DNA from: Nemertoderma westbladi
Taxonomy: Eukaryota; Animalia; Xenacoelomorpha
Reading direction: 5' to 3'
DNA: 64,000 nucleotides
Assembly: GCA_032718475.1 (NCBI GenBank)
Contig: JAUCBJ010006717.1
Location: 62,001 to 126,000 of the forward strand
Part shown: piece after piece, positions 16,901 to 30,609 of the stretch
How positions within the stretch are numbered: the first letter of the stretch is position 1
Layout: each line of letters starts with the position of its first letter
Translations under genes and position numbers: made by a program
The notes under the pieces: generated by a model
Database searches by the model: none
Seen by the model: only the letters and a program-made list of their open reading frames with translations
Told to the model about the DNA's origin: nothing

Positions 16901-17844
16901 ATGAACTATCAGAATGGAATGAACTATCAGTATGGAATGAATGAACTATCAGAATGGAATGAACAATCAGAATGGAATGAATGAACTATCAGAATGGAAT
17001 GAACTATCAGAATGGAATGAATGAACTATCAGAATGGAATTAACAATCAGAATGGAATGAACTTTCAGAATGGAATGAATGAACTATCAGAATGGAATGA
17101 ACTATCAGAATGGAATGAACTTTCAGAATGGAATGAATGAACTATCAGAATGGAATGAACTATCAGAATGGAATGAACTATCAGAATGGAATGAACTATC
17201 AGAATGGAATGAATGAACTATCAGAATGGAATGAACTATCAGAATGGAATGAACTATCAGAATGGAATGAACTATCAGAATGGAATGAACTATCAGAATG
17301 GAATGAACTATCAGAATGGAATGAACTATCAGAATGGAATGAACTATCAGAATGGAATGAACTATCAGAATGGAATGAACTATCAGAATGGAATGAACTA
17401 TCAGAATGGAATGAACTATCAGAATGGAATGAACTATCAGAATGGAATGAATGAACTATCAGAATGGAATGAACAATCAGAATGGAATGAATGAACTATC
17501 AGAATGGAATGAACTATCAGAATGGAATGAACTATCAGAATGGAATGAACTATCAGAATGGAATGAACTATCAGAATGGAATGAACTATCAGAATGGGAA
17601 TGAACTATCAGAATGGAATGAACTATCAGAATGGAATGAACTATCAGAATGGAATGAACTATCAGAATGGAATGAACTATCAGAATGGAATGAACTATCA
17701 GAATGGAATGAACTATCAGAATGGAATGAATGAACTATCAGAATGGAATGAATGAACTATCAGAATGGAATGAACTATCAGAATGGAATGAACTATCAGA
17801 ATGGAATGAACTATCAGAATGGAATGAATACCAGTATGGAATGA
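7421..17844 (+). repeat. Higher-order repeat of about 3.5 kb, about 3 tandem copies (periods 3494, 3512, 3418 bp)
   Basis: The same marker block starts at 7421, 10915, 14427 and 17845. Pairs 9835/13347, 10283/13795 and 11247/14759 are all offset by 3512. Confidence 0.88.
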
Positions 17845-18176
17845 ATGAACTATCAGAATGGAATTAACAATCAGAATGGAATTAACAATCAGAATGGAAT
17901 GAACAATCAGAATGGAATTAACAATCAGAATGGAATGAACTATCAGAATGGAATGAACTATCAGAATGGAATGAACTATCAGAATGGAATGAACTATCAG
18001 AATGGAATGAACTATCAGAATGTAATGAACTATCAGAATGGAATGAACTATCAGAATGGAATGAACTATCAGAATGGAATGAACTATCAGAATGGAATGA
18101 ATGAACTATCAGAATGGAATGAACTATCAGAATGGAATGAACTATCAGAATGGAATGAACTATCAGAATGGAATGA

Positions 18177-18986
18177 ATGAACTATCAGAATGGAATGAAC
18201 TATCAGAATGGAATGAACTATCAGAATGGAATGAACTATCAGAATGGAATGAACTATCAGAATGGAATGAACTATCAGAATGGAATGAACTATCAGAATG
18301 GAATGAACTATCAGAATGGAATGAACTATCAGAATGGAATGAACTATCAGAATGGAATGAACTATCAGAATGGAATGAACTATCAGAATGGAATGAACTA
18401 TCAGAATGGAATGAACTATCAGAATGGAATGAACTATCAGAATGGAATGAACTATCAGAATGGAATGAACTATCAGAATGGAATGAACTATCAGAATGGA
18501 ATGAACTATCAGAATGGAATGAACTATCAGAATGGAATGAACTATCAGAATGGAATGAACTATCAGAATGGAATGAACTATCAGAATGGAATGAACTATC
18601 AGAATGGAATGAACTATCAGAATGGAATGAACTATCAGAATGGAATGAACTATCAGAATGGAATGAACTATCAGAATGGAATGAACTATCAGAATGGAAT
18701 GAACTATCAGAATGGAATGAACTATCAGAATGGAATGAACTATCAGAATGGAATGAACTATCAGAATGGAATGAACTATCAGAATGGAATGAACTATCAG
18801 AATGGAATGAACTATCAGAATGGAATGAACTATCAGAATGGAATGAACTATCAGAATGGAATGAACTATCAGAATGGAATGAACTATCAGAATGGAATGA
18901 ACTATCAGAATGGAATGAACTATCAGAATGGAATGAACTATCAGAATGGAATGAACTATCAGAATGGAATGAACTATCAGAATGGA
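18177..18986 (+). repeat. Run of 45 perfect consensus 18-mers
   Basis: No variant between the +4 insertion at about 18177 and the AACAAT monomer starting at 18987; 810 bp / 18 = 45. Confidence 0.85.
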
Positions 18987-21900
18987 ATGAACAATCAGAA
19001 TGGAATGAACTATCAGAATGGAATGAACTATCAGAATGGAATGAACTATCAGAATGGAATGAACTATCAGAATGGAATGAACTATCAGAATGGAATGAAC
19101 TATCAGAATGGAATGAACAATCATAATGGAATGAACTATCAGAATGGAATGAACTATCAGAATGGAATGAACTATCAGAATGGAATGAACTATCAGAATG
19201 GAATGAATGAACTATCAGAATGGAATGAACTATCAGAATGGAATGAACTATCAGAATGGAATGAACTATCAGAATGGAATGAACTATCAGAATGGAATGA
19301 ACTATCAGAATGGAATGAACTATCAGAATGGAATGAACTTTCAGAATGGAATGAATGAACTATCAGAATGGAATGAACTATCAGAATGGAATGAACTATC
19401 AGAATGGAATGAACTATCAGAATGGAATGAATGAACTATCAGAATGGAATGAACTATCAGAATGGAATGAACTATCAGAATGGAATGAACTATCAGAATG
19501 GAATGAACTATCAGAATGGAATGAACTATCAGAATGGAATGAACTATCAGAATGGAATGAACTATCAGAATGGAATGAACTATCAGAATGGAATGAACTA
19601 TCAGAATGGAATGAACTATCAGAATGGAATGAACTATCAGAATGGAATGAACTATCAGAATGGAATGAACTATCAGAATGGAATGAACTATCAGAATGGA
19701 ATGAATGAACTATCAGAATGGAATGAACAATCAGAATGGAATGAATGAACTATCAGAATGGAATGAACTATCAGAATGGAATGAACTATCAGAATGGAAT
19801 GAACTATCAGAATGGAATGAACTATCAGAATGGAATGAACTATCAGAATGGAATGAACTATCAGAATGGAATGAACAATCAGAATGGAATGAATGAACTA
19901 TCAGAATGGAATGAACTATCAGAATGGAATGAACTATCAGAATGGAATGAACTATCAGAATGGAATGAACTATCAGAATGGAATGAACTATCAGAATGGA
20001 ATGAATGAACTATCAGAATGGAATGAACAATCAGAATGGAATGAATGAACTATCAGAATGGAATGAACTATCAGAATGGAATGAACTATCAGAATGGAAT
20101 GAACTATCAGAATGGAATGAATGAACTATCAGTATGGAATGAACTATCAGAATGGAATGAACTATCAGAATGGAATGAACTATCAGAATGGAATGAACTA
20201 TCAGTATGGAATGAATGAACTATCAGAATGGAATGAACAATCAGAATGGAATGAATGAACTATCAGAATGGAATGAACTATCAGAATGGAATGAACTATC
20301 AGAATGGAATGAACTATCAGAATGGAATGAACTATCAGAATGGAATGAACTATCAGAATGGAATGAACTATCAGAATGGAATGAATGAACTATCAGAATG
20401 GAATGAACTATCAGAATGGAATGAACTATCAGAATGGAATGAACTATCAGAATGGAATGAACTATCAGAATGGAATGAACTATCAGAATGGAATGAACTA
20501 TCAGAATGGAATGAACTATCAGAATGGAATGAACAATCAGAATGGAATGAATGAACTATCAGAATGGAATGAACTATCAGAATGGAATGAACTATCAGAA
20601 TGGAATGAACTATCAGAATGGAATGAACTATCAGAATGGAATGAATGAACTATCAGAATGGAATGAACAATCAGAATGGAATGAATGAACTATCAGAATG
20701 GAATGAACTATCAGAATGGAATGAACTATCAGAATGGAATGAACTATCAGAATGGAATGAATGAACTATCAGTATGGAATGAACTATCAGAATGGAATGA
20801 ACTATCAGAATGGAATGAACTATCAGAATGGAATGAACTATCAGAATGGAATGAATGAACTATCAGAATGGAATGAACTATCAGAATGGAATGAATGAAC
20901 TATCAGAATGGAATGAACTATCAGAATGGAATGAACTATCAGAATGGAATGAACTATCAGAATGGAATGAACTATCAGAATGGAATGAACTATCAGAATG
21001 GAATGAACTATCAGAATGGAATGAACTATCAGAATGGAATGAACTATCAGAATGGAATGAATGAACTATCAGAATGGAATGAACTATCAGAATGGAATGA
21101 ACTATCAGAATGGAATGAACTATCAGAATGGAATGAACTATCAGAATGGAATGAATGAACTATCAGAATGGAATGAACTATCAGAATGGAATGAACTATC
21201 AGAATGGAATGAACTATCAGAATGGAATGAACTATCAGAATGGAATGAATGAACTATCAGAATGGAATGAACAATCAGAATGGAATGAATGAACTATCAG
21301 AATGGAATGAACTATCAGAATGGAATGAACTATCAGAATGGAATGAACTATCAGAATGGAATGAATGAACTATCAGTATGGAATGAACTATCAGAATGGA
21401 ATGAACTATCAGAATGGAATGAACTATCAGAATGGAATGAACTATCAGTATGGAATGAATGAACTATCAGAATGGAATGAACAATCAGAATGGAATGAAT
21501 GAACTATCAGAATGGAATGAACTATCAGAATGGAATGAACTATCAGAATGGAATGAACTATCAGAATGGAATGAACTATCAGAATGGAATGAACTATCAG
21601 AATGGAATGAACTATCAGAATGGAATGAACTATCAGAATGGAATGAACTATCAGAATGGAATGAACTATCAGAATGGAATGAACTATCAGAATGGAATGA
21701 ACTATCAGAATGGAATGAACTATCAGAATGGAATGAACTATCAGAATGGAATGAACTATCAGAATGGAATGAACTATCAGAATGGAATGAACTATCAGAA
21801 TGGAATGAACTATCAGAATGGAATGAACTATCAGAATGGAATGAACTATCAGAATGGAATGAACTATCAGAATGGAATGAACTATCAGAATGGAATGAAC

Positions 21901-24900
21901 AATCAGAATGGAATGAACTATCAGAATGGAATGAACTATCAGAATGGAATGAACTATCAGAATGGAATGAACTATCAGAATGGAATGAACTATCAGAATG
22001 GAATGAACTATCAGAATGGAATGAACTATCAGAATGGAATGAACTATCAGAATGGAATGAACTATCAGAATGGAATGAACTATCAGAATGGAATGAACTA
22101 TCAGAATGGAATGAATGAACTATCAGAATGGAATGAACTATCAGAATGGAATGAACTATCAGAATGGAATGAACTATCAGAATGGAATGAACTATCAGAA
22201 TGGAATGAACTATCAGAATGGAATGAACTATCAGAATGGAATGAACTATCAGAATGGAATGAATGAACTATCAGAATGGAATGAACTATCAGAATGGAAT
22301 GAACTATCAGAATGGAATGAACTATCAGAATGGAATGAATGAACTATCAGAATGGAATGAACTATCAGAATGGAATGAACTATCAGAATGGAATGAACTA
22401 TCAGAATGGAATGAACTATCAGAATGGAATGAACTATCAGAATGGAATGAACTATCAGAATGGAATGAACTATCAGAATGGAATGAACTATCAGAATGGA
22501 ATGAACTATCAGAATGGAATGAACTATCAGAATGGAATGAACTATCAGAATGGAATGAACTATCAGAATGGAATGATGAACTATCAGAATGGAATGAACT
22601 ATCAGAATGGAATGAATGAACTATCAGAATGGAATGAACTATCAGAATGGAATGAACTATCAGAATGGAATGAACTATCAGAATGGAATGAACTATCAGA
22701 ATGGAATGAACTATCAGAATGGAATGAACTATCAGAATGGAATGAACTATCAGAATGGAATGAATGAACTATCAGAATGGAATGAACTATCAGAATGGAA
22801 TGAACTATCAGAATGGAATGAACTATCAGAATGGAATGAACTATCAGAATGGAATGAATGAACTATCAGAATGGAATGAACTATCAGAATGGAATGAATG
22901 AACTATCAGAATGGAATGAACTATCAGAATGGAATGAACTATCAGAATGGAATGAACTATCAGAATGGAATGAACTATCAGAATGGAATGAACTATCAGA
23001 ATGGAATGAACTATCAGAATGGAATGAACTATCAGAATGGAATGAACTATCAGAATGGAATGAACTATCAGAATGGAATGAACAATCAGAATGGAATGAA
23101 CTATCAGAATGGAATGAACTATCAGAATGGAATGAACTATCAGAATGGAATGAACTATCAGAATGGAATGAACTATCAGAATGGAATGAACTATCAGAAT
23201 GGAATGAACTATCAGAATGGAATGAACTATCAGAATGGAATGAACTATCAGAATGGAATGAACTATCAGAATGGAATGAACTATCAGAATGGAATGAATG
23301 AACTATCAGAATGGAATGAACTATCAGAATGGAATGAACTATCAGAATGGAATGAACTATCAGAATGGAATGAACTATCAGAATGGAATGAACTATCAGA
23401 ATGGAATGAACTATCAGAATGGAATGAACTATCAGAATGGAATGAATGAACTATCAGAATGGAATGAACTATCAGAATGGAATGAACTATCAGAATGGAA
23501 TGAACTATCAGAATGGAATGAATGAACTATCAGAATGGAATGAACTATCAGAATGGAATGAACTATCAGAATGGAATGAACTATCAGAATGGAATGAACT
23601 ATCAGAATGGAATGAACTATCAGAATGGAATGAACTATCAGAATGGAATGAACTATCAGAATGGAATGAACTATCAGAATGGAATGAACTATCAGAATGG
23701 AATGAACTATCAGAATGGAATGAACTATCAGAATGGAATGAACTATCAGAATGGAATGAACTATCAGAATGGAATGAACTATCAGAATGGAATGAATGAA
23801 CTATCAGAATGGAATGAACTATCAGAATGGAATGAATGAACTATCAGAATGGAATGAACTATCAGAATGGAATGAACTATCAGAATGGAATGAACTATCA
23901 GAATGGAATGAACTATCAGAATGGAATGAACTATCAGAATGGAATGAACTATCAGAATGGAATGAACAATCAGAATGGAATGAATGAACTATCAGAATGG
24001 AATGAACTATCAGAATGGAATGAACTATCAGAATGGAATGAACTATCAGAATGGAATGAACTATCAGAATGGAATGAACTATCAGAATGGAATGAATGAA
24101 CTATCAGAATGGAATGAACAATCAGAATGGAATGAATGAACTATCAGAATGGAATGAACTATCAGAATGGAATGAACTATCAGAATGGAATGAACTATCA
24201 GAATGGAATGAATGAACTATCAGTATGGAATGAACTATCAGAATGGAATGAACTATCAGAATGGAATGAACTATCAGAATGGAATGAACTATCAGTATGG
24301 AATGAATGAACTATCAGAATGGAATGAACAATCAGAATGGAATGAATGAACTATCAGAATGGAATGAACTATCAGAATGGAATGAACTATCAGAATGGAA
24401 TGAACTATCAGAATGGAATGAACTATCAGAATGGAATGAACTATCAGAATGGAATGAACTATCAGAATGGAATGAATGAACTATCAGAATGGAATGAACT
24501 ATCAGAATGGAATGAACTATCAGAATGGAATGAACTATCAGAATGGAATGAACTATCAGAATGGAATGAACTATCAGAATGGAATGAACTATCAGAATGG
24601 AATGAACTATCAGAATGGAATGAACAATCAGAATGGAATGAATGAACTATCAGAATGGAATGAACTATCAGAATGGAATGAACTATCAGAATGGAATGAA
24701 CTATCAGAATGGAATGAACTATCAGAATGGAATGAATGAACTATCAGAATGGAATGAACAATCAGAATGGAATGAATGAACTATCAGAATGGAATGAACT
24801 ATCAGAATGGAATGAACTATCAGAATGGAATGAACTATCAGAATGGAATGAATGAACTATCAGTATGGAATGAACTATCAGAATGGAATGAACTATCAGA

Positions 24901-26650
24901 ATGGAATGAACTATCAGAATGGAATGAACTATCAGTATGGAATGAATGAACTATCAGAATGGAATGAACAGTCAGAATGGAATGAATGAACTATCAGAAT
25001 GGAATGAACTATCAGAATGGAATGAACTATCAGAATGGAATGAACTATCAGAATGGAATGAACTATCAGAATGGAATGAACTATCAGAATGGAATGAACT
25101 ATCAGAATGGAATGAACTATCAGAATGGAATGAACTATCAGAATGGAATGAATGAACTATCAGAATGGAATGAACAATCAGAATGGAATGAACTATCAGA
25201 ATGGAATGAACTATCAGAATGGAATGAACAATCAGAATGGAATGAATGAACTATCAGAATGGAATGAACTATCAGAATGGAATGAACTATCAGAATGGAA
25301 TGAACTATCAGAATGGAATGAACTATCAGAATGGAATGAATGAACTATCAGAATGGAATGAACAATCAGAATGGAATGAATGAACTATCAGAATGGAATG
25401 AACTATCAGAATGGAATGAACTATCAGAATGGAATGAACTATCAGAATGGAATGAATGAACTATCAGTATGGAATGAACTATCAGAATGGAATGAACTAT
25501 CAGAATGGAATGAACTATCAGAATGGAATGAACTATCAGTATGGAATGAATGAACTATCAGAATGGAATGAACAATCAGAATGGAATGAATGAACTATCA
25601 GAATGGAATGAACTATCAGAATGGAATGAACTATCAGAATGGAATGAACTATCAGAATGGAATGAACTATCAGAATGGAATGAACTATCAGAATGGAATG
25701 AACTATCAGAATGGAATGAACTATCAGAATGGAATGAACTATCAGAATGGAATGAACTATCAGAATGGAATGAACAATCATAATGGAATGAACTATCAGA
25801 ATGGAATGAACTATCAGAATGGAATGAACTATCAGAATGGAATGAACTATCAGAATGGAATGAACTATCAGAATGGAATGAACTATCAGAATGGAATGAA
25901 CTATCAGAATGGAATGAACTATCAGAATGGAATGAACTATCAGAATGGAATGAACTATCAGAATGGAATGAACTATCAGAATGGAATGAACAATCAGAAT
26001 GGAATGAACTATCAGAATGGAATGAACTATCAGAATGGAATGAACTATCAGAATGGAATGAACTATCAGAATGGAATGAACTATCAGAATGGAATGAACT
26101 ATCAGAATGGAATGAACAATCATAATGGAATGAACTATCAGAATGGAATGAACTATCAGAATGGAATGAACTATCAGAATGGAATGAACTATCAGAATGG
26201 AATGAATGAACTATCAGAATGGAATGAACTATCAGAATGGAATGAACTATCAGAATGGAATGAACTATCAGAATGGAATGAACTATCAGAATGGAATGAA
26301 CTATCAGAATGGAATGAACTATCAGAATGGAATGAACTTTCAGAATGGAATGAATGAACTATCAGAATGGAATGAACTATCAGAATGGAATGAACTATCA
26401 GAATGGAATGAACTATCAGAATGGAATGAATGAACTATCAGAATGGAATGAACTATCAGAATGGAATGAACTATCAGAATGGAATGAACTATCAGAATGG
26501 AATGAACTATCAGAATGGAATGAACTATCAGAATGGAATGAACTATCAGAATGGAATGAACTATCAGAATGGAATGAACTATCAGAATGGAATGAACTAT
26601 CAGAATGGAATGAACTATCAGAATGGAATGAACTATCAGAATGGAATGAA
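18810..26650 (+). repeat. Higher-order tandem duplication, offset 4091 bp
   Basis: The spacing pattern of +4 insertions matches at 19207/23298, 19355/23446, 19745/23836, 20255/24346, 20855/24946, 21499/25590 and 22263/26354. Confidence 0.85.
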
Positions 26651-27950
26651 CTATCAGAATGGAATGAATGAACTATCAGAATGGAATGAACAATCAGAAT
26701 GGAATGAATGAACTATCAGAATGGAATGAACTATCAGAATGGAATGAACTATCAGAATGGAATGAACTATCAGAATGGAATGAACTATCAGAATGGAATG
26801 AACTATCAGAATGGAATGAACTATCAGAATGGAATGAACAATCAGAATGGAATGAATGAACTATCAGAATGGAATGAACTATCAGAATGGAATGAACTAT
26901 CAGAATGGAATGAACTATCAGAATGGAATGAATGAACTATCAGAATGGAATGAACAATCAGAATGGAATGAATGAACTATCAGAATGGAATGAACTATCA
27001 GAATGGAATGAACTATCAGAATGGAATGAACTATCAGAATGGAATGAATGAACTATCAGTATGGAATGAACTATCAGAATGGAATGAACTATCAGAATGG
27101 AATGAACTATCAGAATGGAATGAACTATCAGTATGGAATGAATGAACTATCAGAATGGAATGAACAATCAGAATGGAATGAATGAACTATCAGAATGGAA
27201 TGAACTATCAGAATGGAATGAACTATCAGAATGGAATGAACTATCAGAATGGAATGAACTATCAGAATGGAATGAACTATCAGAATGGAATGAACTATCA
27301 GAATGGAATGAATGAACTATCAGAATGGAATGAACTATCAGAATGGAATGAACTATCAGAATGGAATGAACTATCAGAATGGAATGAACTATCAGAATGG
27401 AATGAACTATCAGAATGGAATGAACTATCAGAATGGAATGAACTATCAGAATGGAATGAACAATCAGAATGGAATGAATGAACTATCAGAATGGAATGAA
27501 CTATCAGAATGGAATGAACTATCAGAATGGAATGAACTATCAGAATGGAATGAACTATCAGAATGGAATGAATGAACTATCAGAATGGAATGAACAATCA
27601 GAATGGAATGAATGAACTATCAGAATGGAATGAACTATCAGAATGGAATGAACTATCAGAATGGAATGAACTATCAGAATGGAATGAATGAACTATCAGT
27701 ATGGAATGAACTATCAGAATGGAATGAACTATCAGAATGGAATGAACTATCAGAATGGAATGAACTATCAGTATGGAATGAATGAACTATCAGAATGGAA
27801 TGAACAATCAGAATGGAATGAATGAACTATCAGAATGGAATGAACTATCAGAATGGAATGAACTATCAGAATGGAATGAACTATCAGAATGGAATGAACT
27901 ATCAGAATGGAATGAACTATCAGAATGGAATGAACTATCAGAATGGAATG
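24100..27950 (+). repeat. Higher-order duplication, offset 2836 bp
   Basis: Matches at 24346/27182, 24476/27312 and 24946/27782, including the paired TATCAGTATGG markers. Confidence 0.8.
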
Positions 27951-30609
27951 AACTATCAGAATGGAATGAACTATCAGAATGGAATGAACTATCAGAATGG
28001 AATGAATGAACTATCAGAATGGAATGAACTATCAGAATGGAATGAACTATCAGAATGGAATGAACTATCAGAATGGAATGAACTATCAGAATGGAATGAA
28101 CTATCAGAATGGAATGAACTATCAGAATGGAATGAATGAACTATCAGAATGGAATGAACTATCAGAATGGAATGAACTATCAGAATGGAATGAACTATCA
28201 GAATGGAATGAACTATCAGAATGGAATGAATGAACTATCAGAATGGAATGAACTATCAGAATGGAATGAACTATCAGAATGGAACGAATGAACTATCAGA
28301 ATGGAATGAACTATCAGAATGGAATGAACTATCAGAATGGAATTAACAATCAGAATGGAATGAACTATCAGAATGGAATGAACTATCAGAATGGAATGAA
28401 CTATCAGAATGGAATGAATGAACTATCAGAATGGAATGAACAATCATAATGGAATGAACTATCAGAATGGAATGAACTATCAGAATGGAATGAACTATCA
28501 GAATGGAATGAACTATCAGAATGGAATGAACTATCAGAATGGAATGAACTATCAGAATGGAATGAACTATCAGAATGGAATGAACTATCAGAATGGAATG
28601 AACTATCAGAATGGAATGAACTATCAGAATGGAATGAACTATCAGAATGGAATGAACTATCAGAATGGAATGAACAATCAGAATGGAATGAACTATCAGA
28701 ATGGAATGAACTATCAGAATGGAATGAACTATCAGAATGGAATGAACTATCAGAATGGAATGAACTATCAGAATGGAATGAACTATCAGAATGGAATGAA
28801 CAATCATAATGGAATGAACTATCAGAATGGAATGAACTATCAGAATGGAATGAACTATCAGAATGGAATGAACTATCAGAATGGAATGAATGAACTATCA
28901 GAATGGAATGAACTATCAGAATGGAATGAACTATCAGAATGGAATGAACTATCAGAATGGAATGAACTATCAGAATGGAATGAACTATCAGAATGGAATG
29001 AACTATCAGAATGGAATGAATGAACTATCAGAATGGAATGAACTATCAGAATGGAATGAACTATCAGAATGGAATGAACTATCAGAATGGAATGAACAAT
29101 CAGAATGGAATGAACTATCAGAATGGAATGAACTATCAGAATGGAATGAACTTTCAGAATGGAATGAATGAACTATCAGAATGGAATGAACTATCAGAAT
29201 GGAATGAACTATCAGAATGGAATGAACTATCAGAATGGAATGAATGAACTATCAGAATGGAATGAACTATCAGAATGGAATGAACTATCAGAATGGAATG
29301 AACTATCAGAATGGAATGAACTATCAGAATGGAATGAACTATCAGAATGGAATGAACTATCAGAATGGAATGAACTATCAGAATGGAATGAACTATCAGA
29401 ATGGAATGAACTATCAGAATGGAATGAACTATCAGAATGGAATGAACTATCAGAATGGAATGAACTATCAGAATGGAATGAACTATCAGAATGGAATGAA
29501 CTATCAGAATGGAATGAACTATCAGAATGGAATGAACTATCAGAATGGAATGAACTATCAGAATGGAATGAACTATCAGAATGGAATTAACTATCAGAAT
29601 GGAATGAATGAACTATCAGAATGGAATGAACAATCAGAATGGAATGAATGAACTATCAGAATGGAATGAACTATCAGAATGGAATGAACTATCAGAATGG
29701 AATGAACTATCAGAATGGAATGAACTATCAGAATGGAATGAACTATCAGAATGGAATGAACTATCAGAATGGAATGAACTATCAGAATGGAATGAACTAT
29801 CAGAATGGAATGAATGAACTATCAGAATGGAATGAACAATCAGAATGGAATGAATGAACTATCAGAATGGAATGAACTATCAGAATGGAATGAACTATCA
29901 GAATGGAATGAACTATCAGAATGGAATGAACTATCAGAATGGAATGAACTATCAGAATGGAATGAACAATCAGAATGGAATGAATGAACTATCAGAATGG
30001 AATGAACTATCAGAATGGAATGAACTATCAGAATGGAATGAACTATCAGAATGGAATGAACTATCAGAATGGAATGAATGAACTATCAGAATGGAATGAA
30101 CAATCAGAATGGAATGAATGAACTATCAGAATGGAATGAACTATCAGAATGGAATGAACTATCAGAATGGAATGAACTATCAGAATGGAATGAATGAACT
30201 ATCAGAATGGAATGAACTATCAGTATGGAATGAACTATCAGAATGGAATGAACTATCAGAATGGAATGAACTATCAGAATGGAATGAACTATCAGTATGG
30301 AATGAATGAACTATCAGAATGGAATGAACAATCAGAATGGAATGAATGAACTATCAGAATGGAATGAACTATCAGAATGGAATGAACTATCAGAATGGAA
30401 TGAACTATCAGAATGGAATGAACTATCAGAATGGAATGAACTATCAGAATGGAATGAACTATCAGAATGGAATGAATGAACTATCAGAATGGAATGAACT
30501 ATCAGAATGGAATGAACTATCAGAATGGAATGAACTATCAGAATGGAATGAACTATCAGAATGGAATGAACTATCAGAATGGAATGAATGAACTATCAGA
30601 ATGGAATGA

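Larger units (their letters stand above)
1..18030 (+). repeat. Left satellite domain, marked by GAATGTAATG, GTACTATC, ATAAACTATC and GAATGACCAGTATGG variant monomers
   Basis: AATGTAATG seen from about 247 to 18021. GTACTATC seen at about 441, 1435, 1865, 1991, 2439, 2977, 5303, 7249, 10205, 10743, 13717, 14255. ATAAAC seen about 3660-15360. I did not see these variants further right. Confidence 0.9.
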
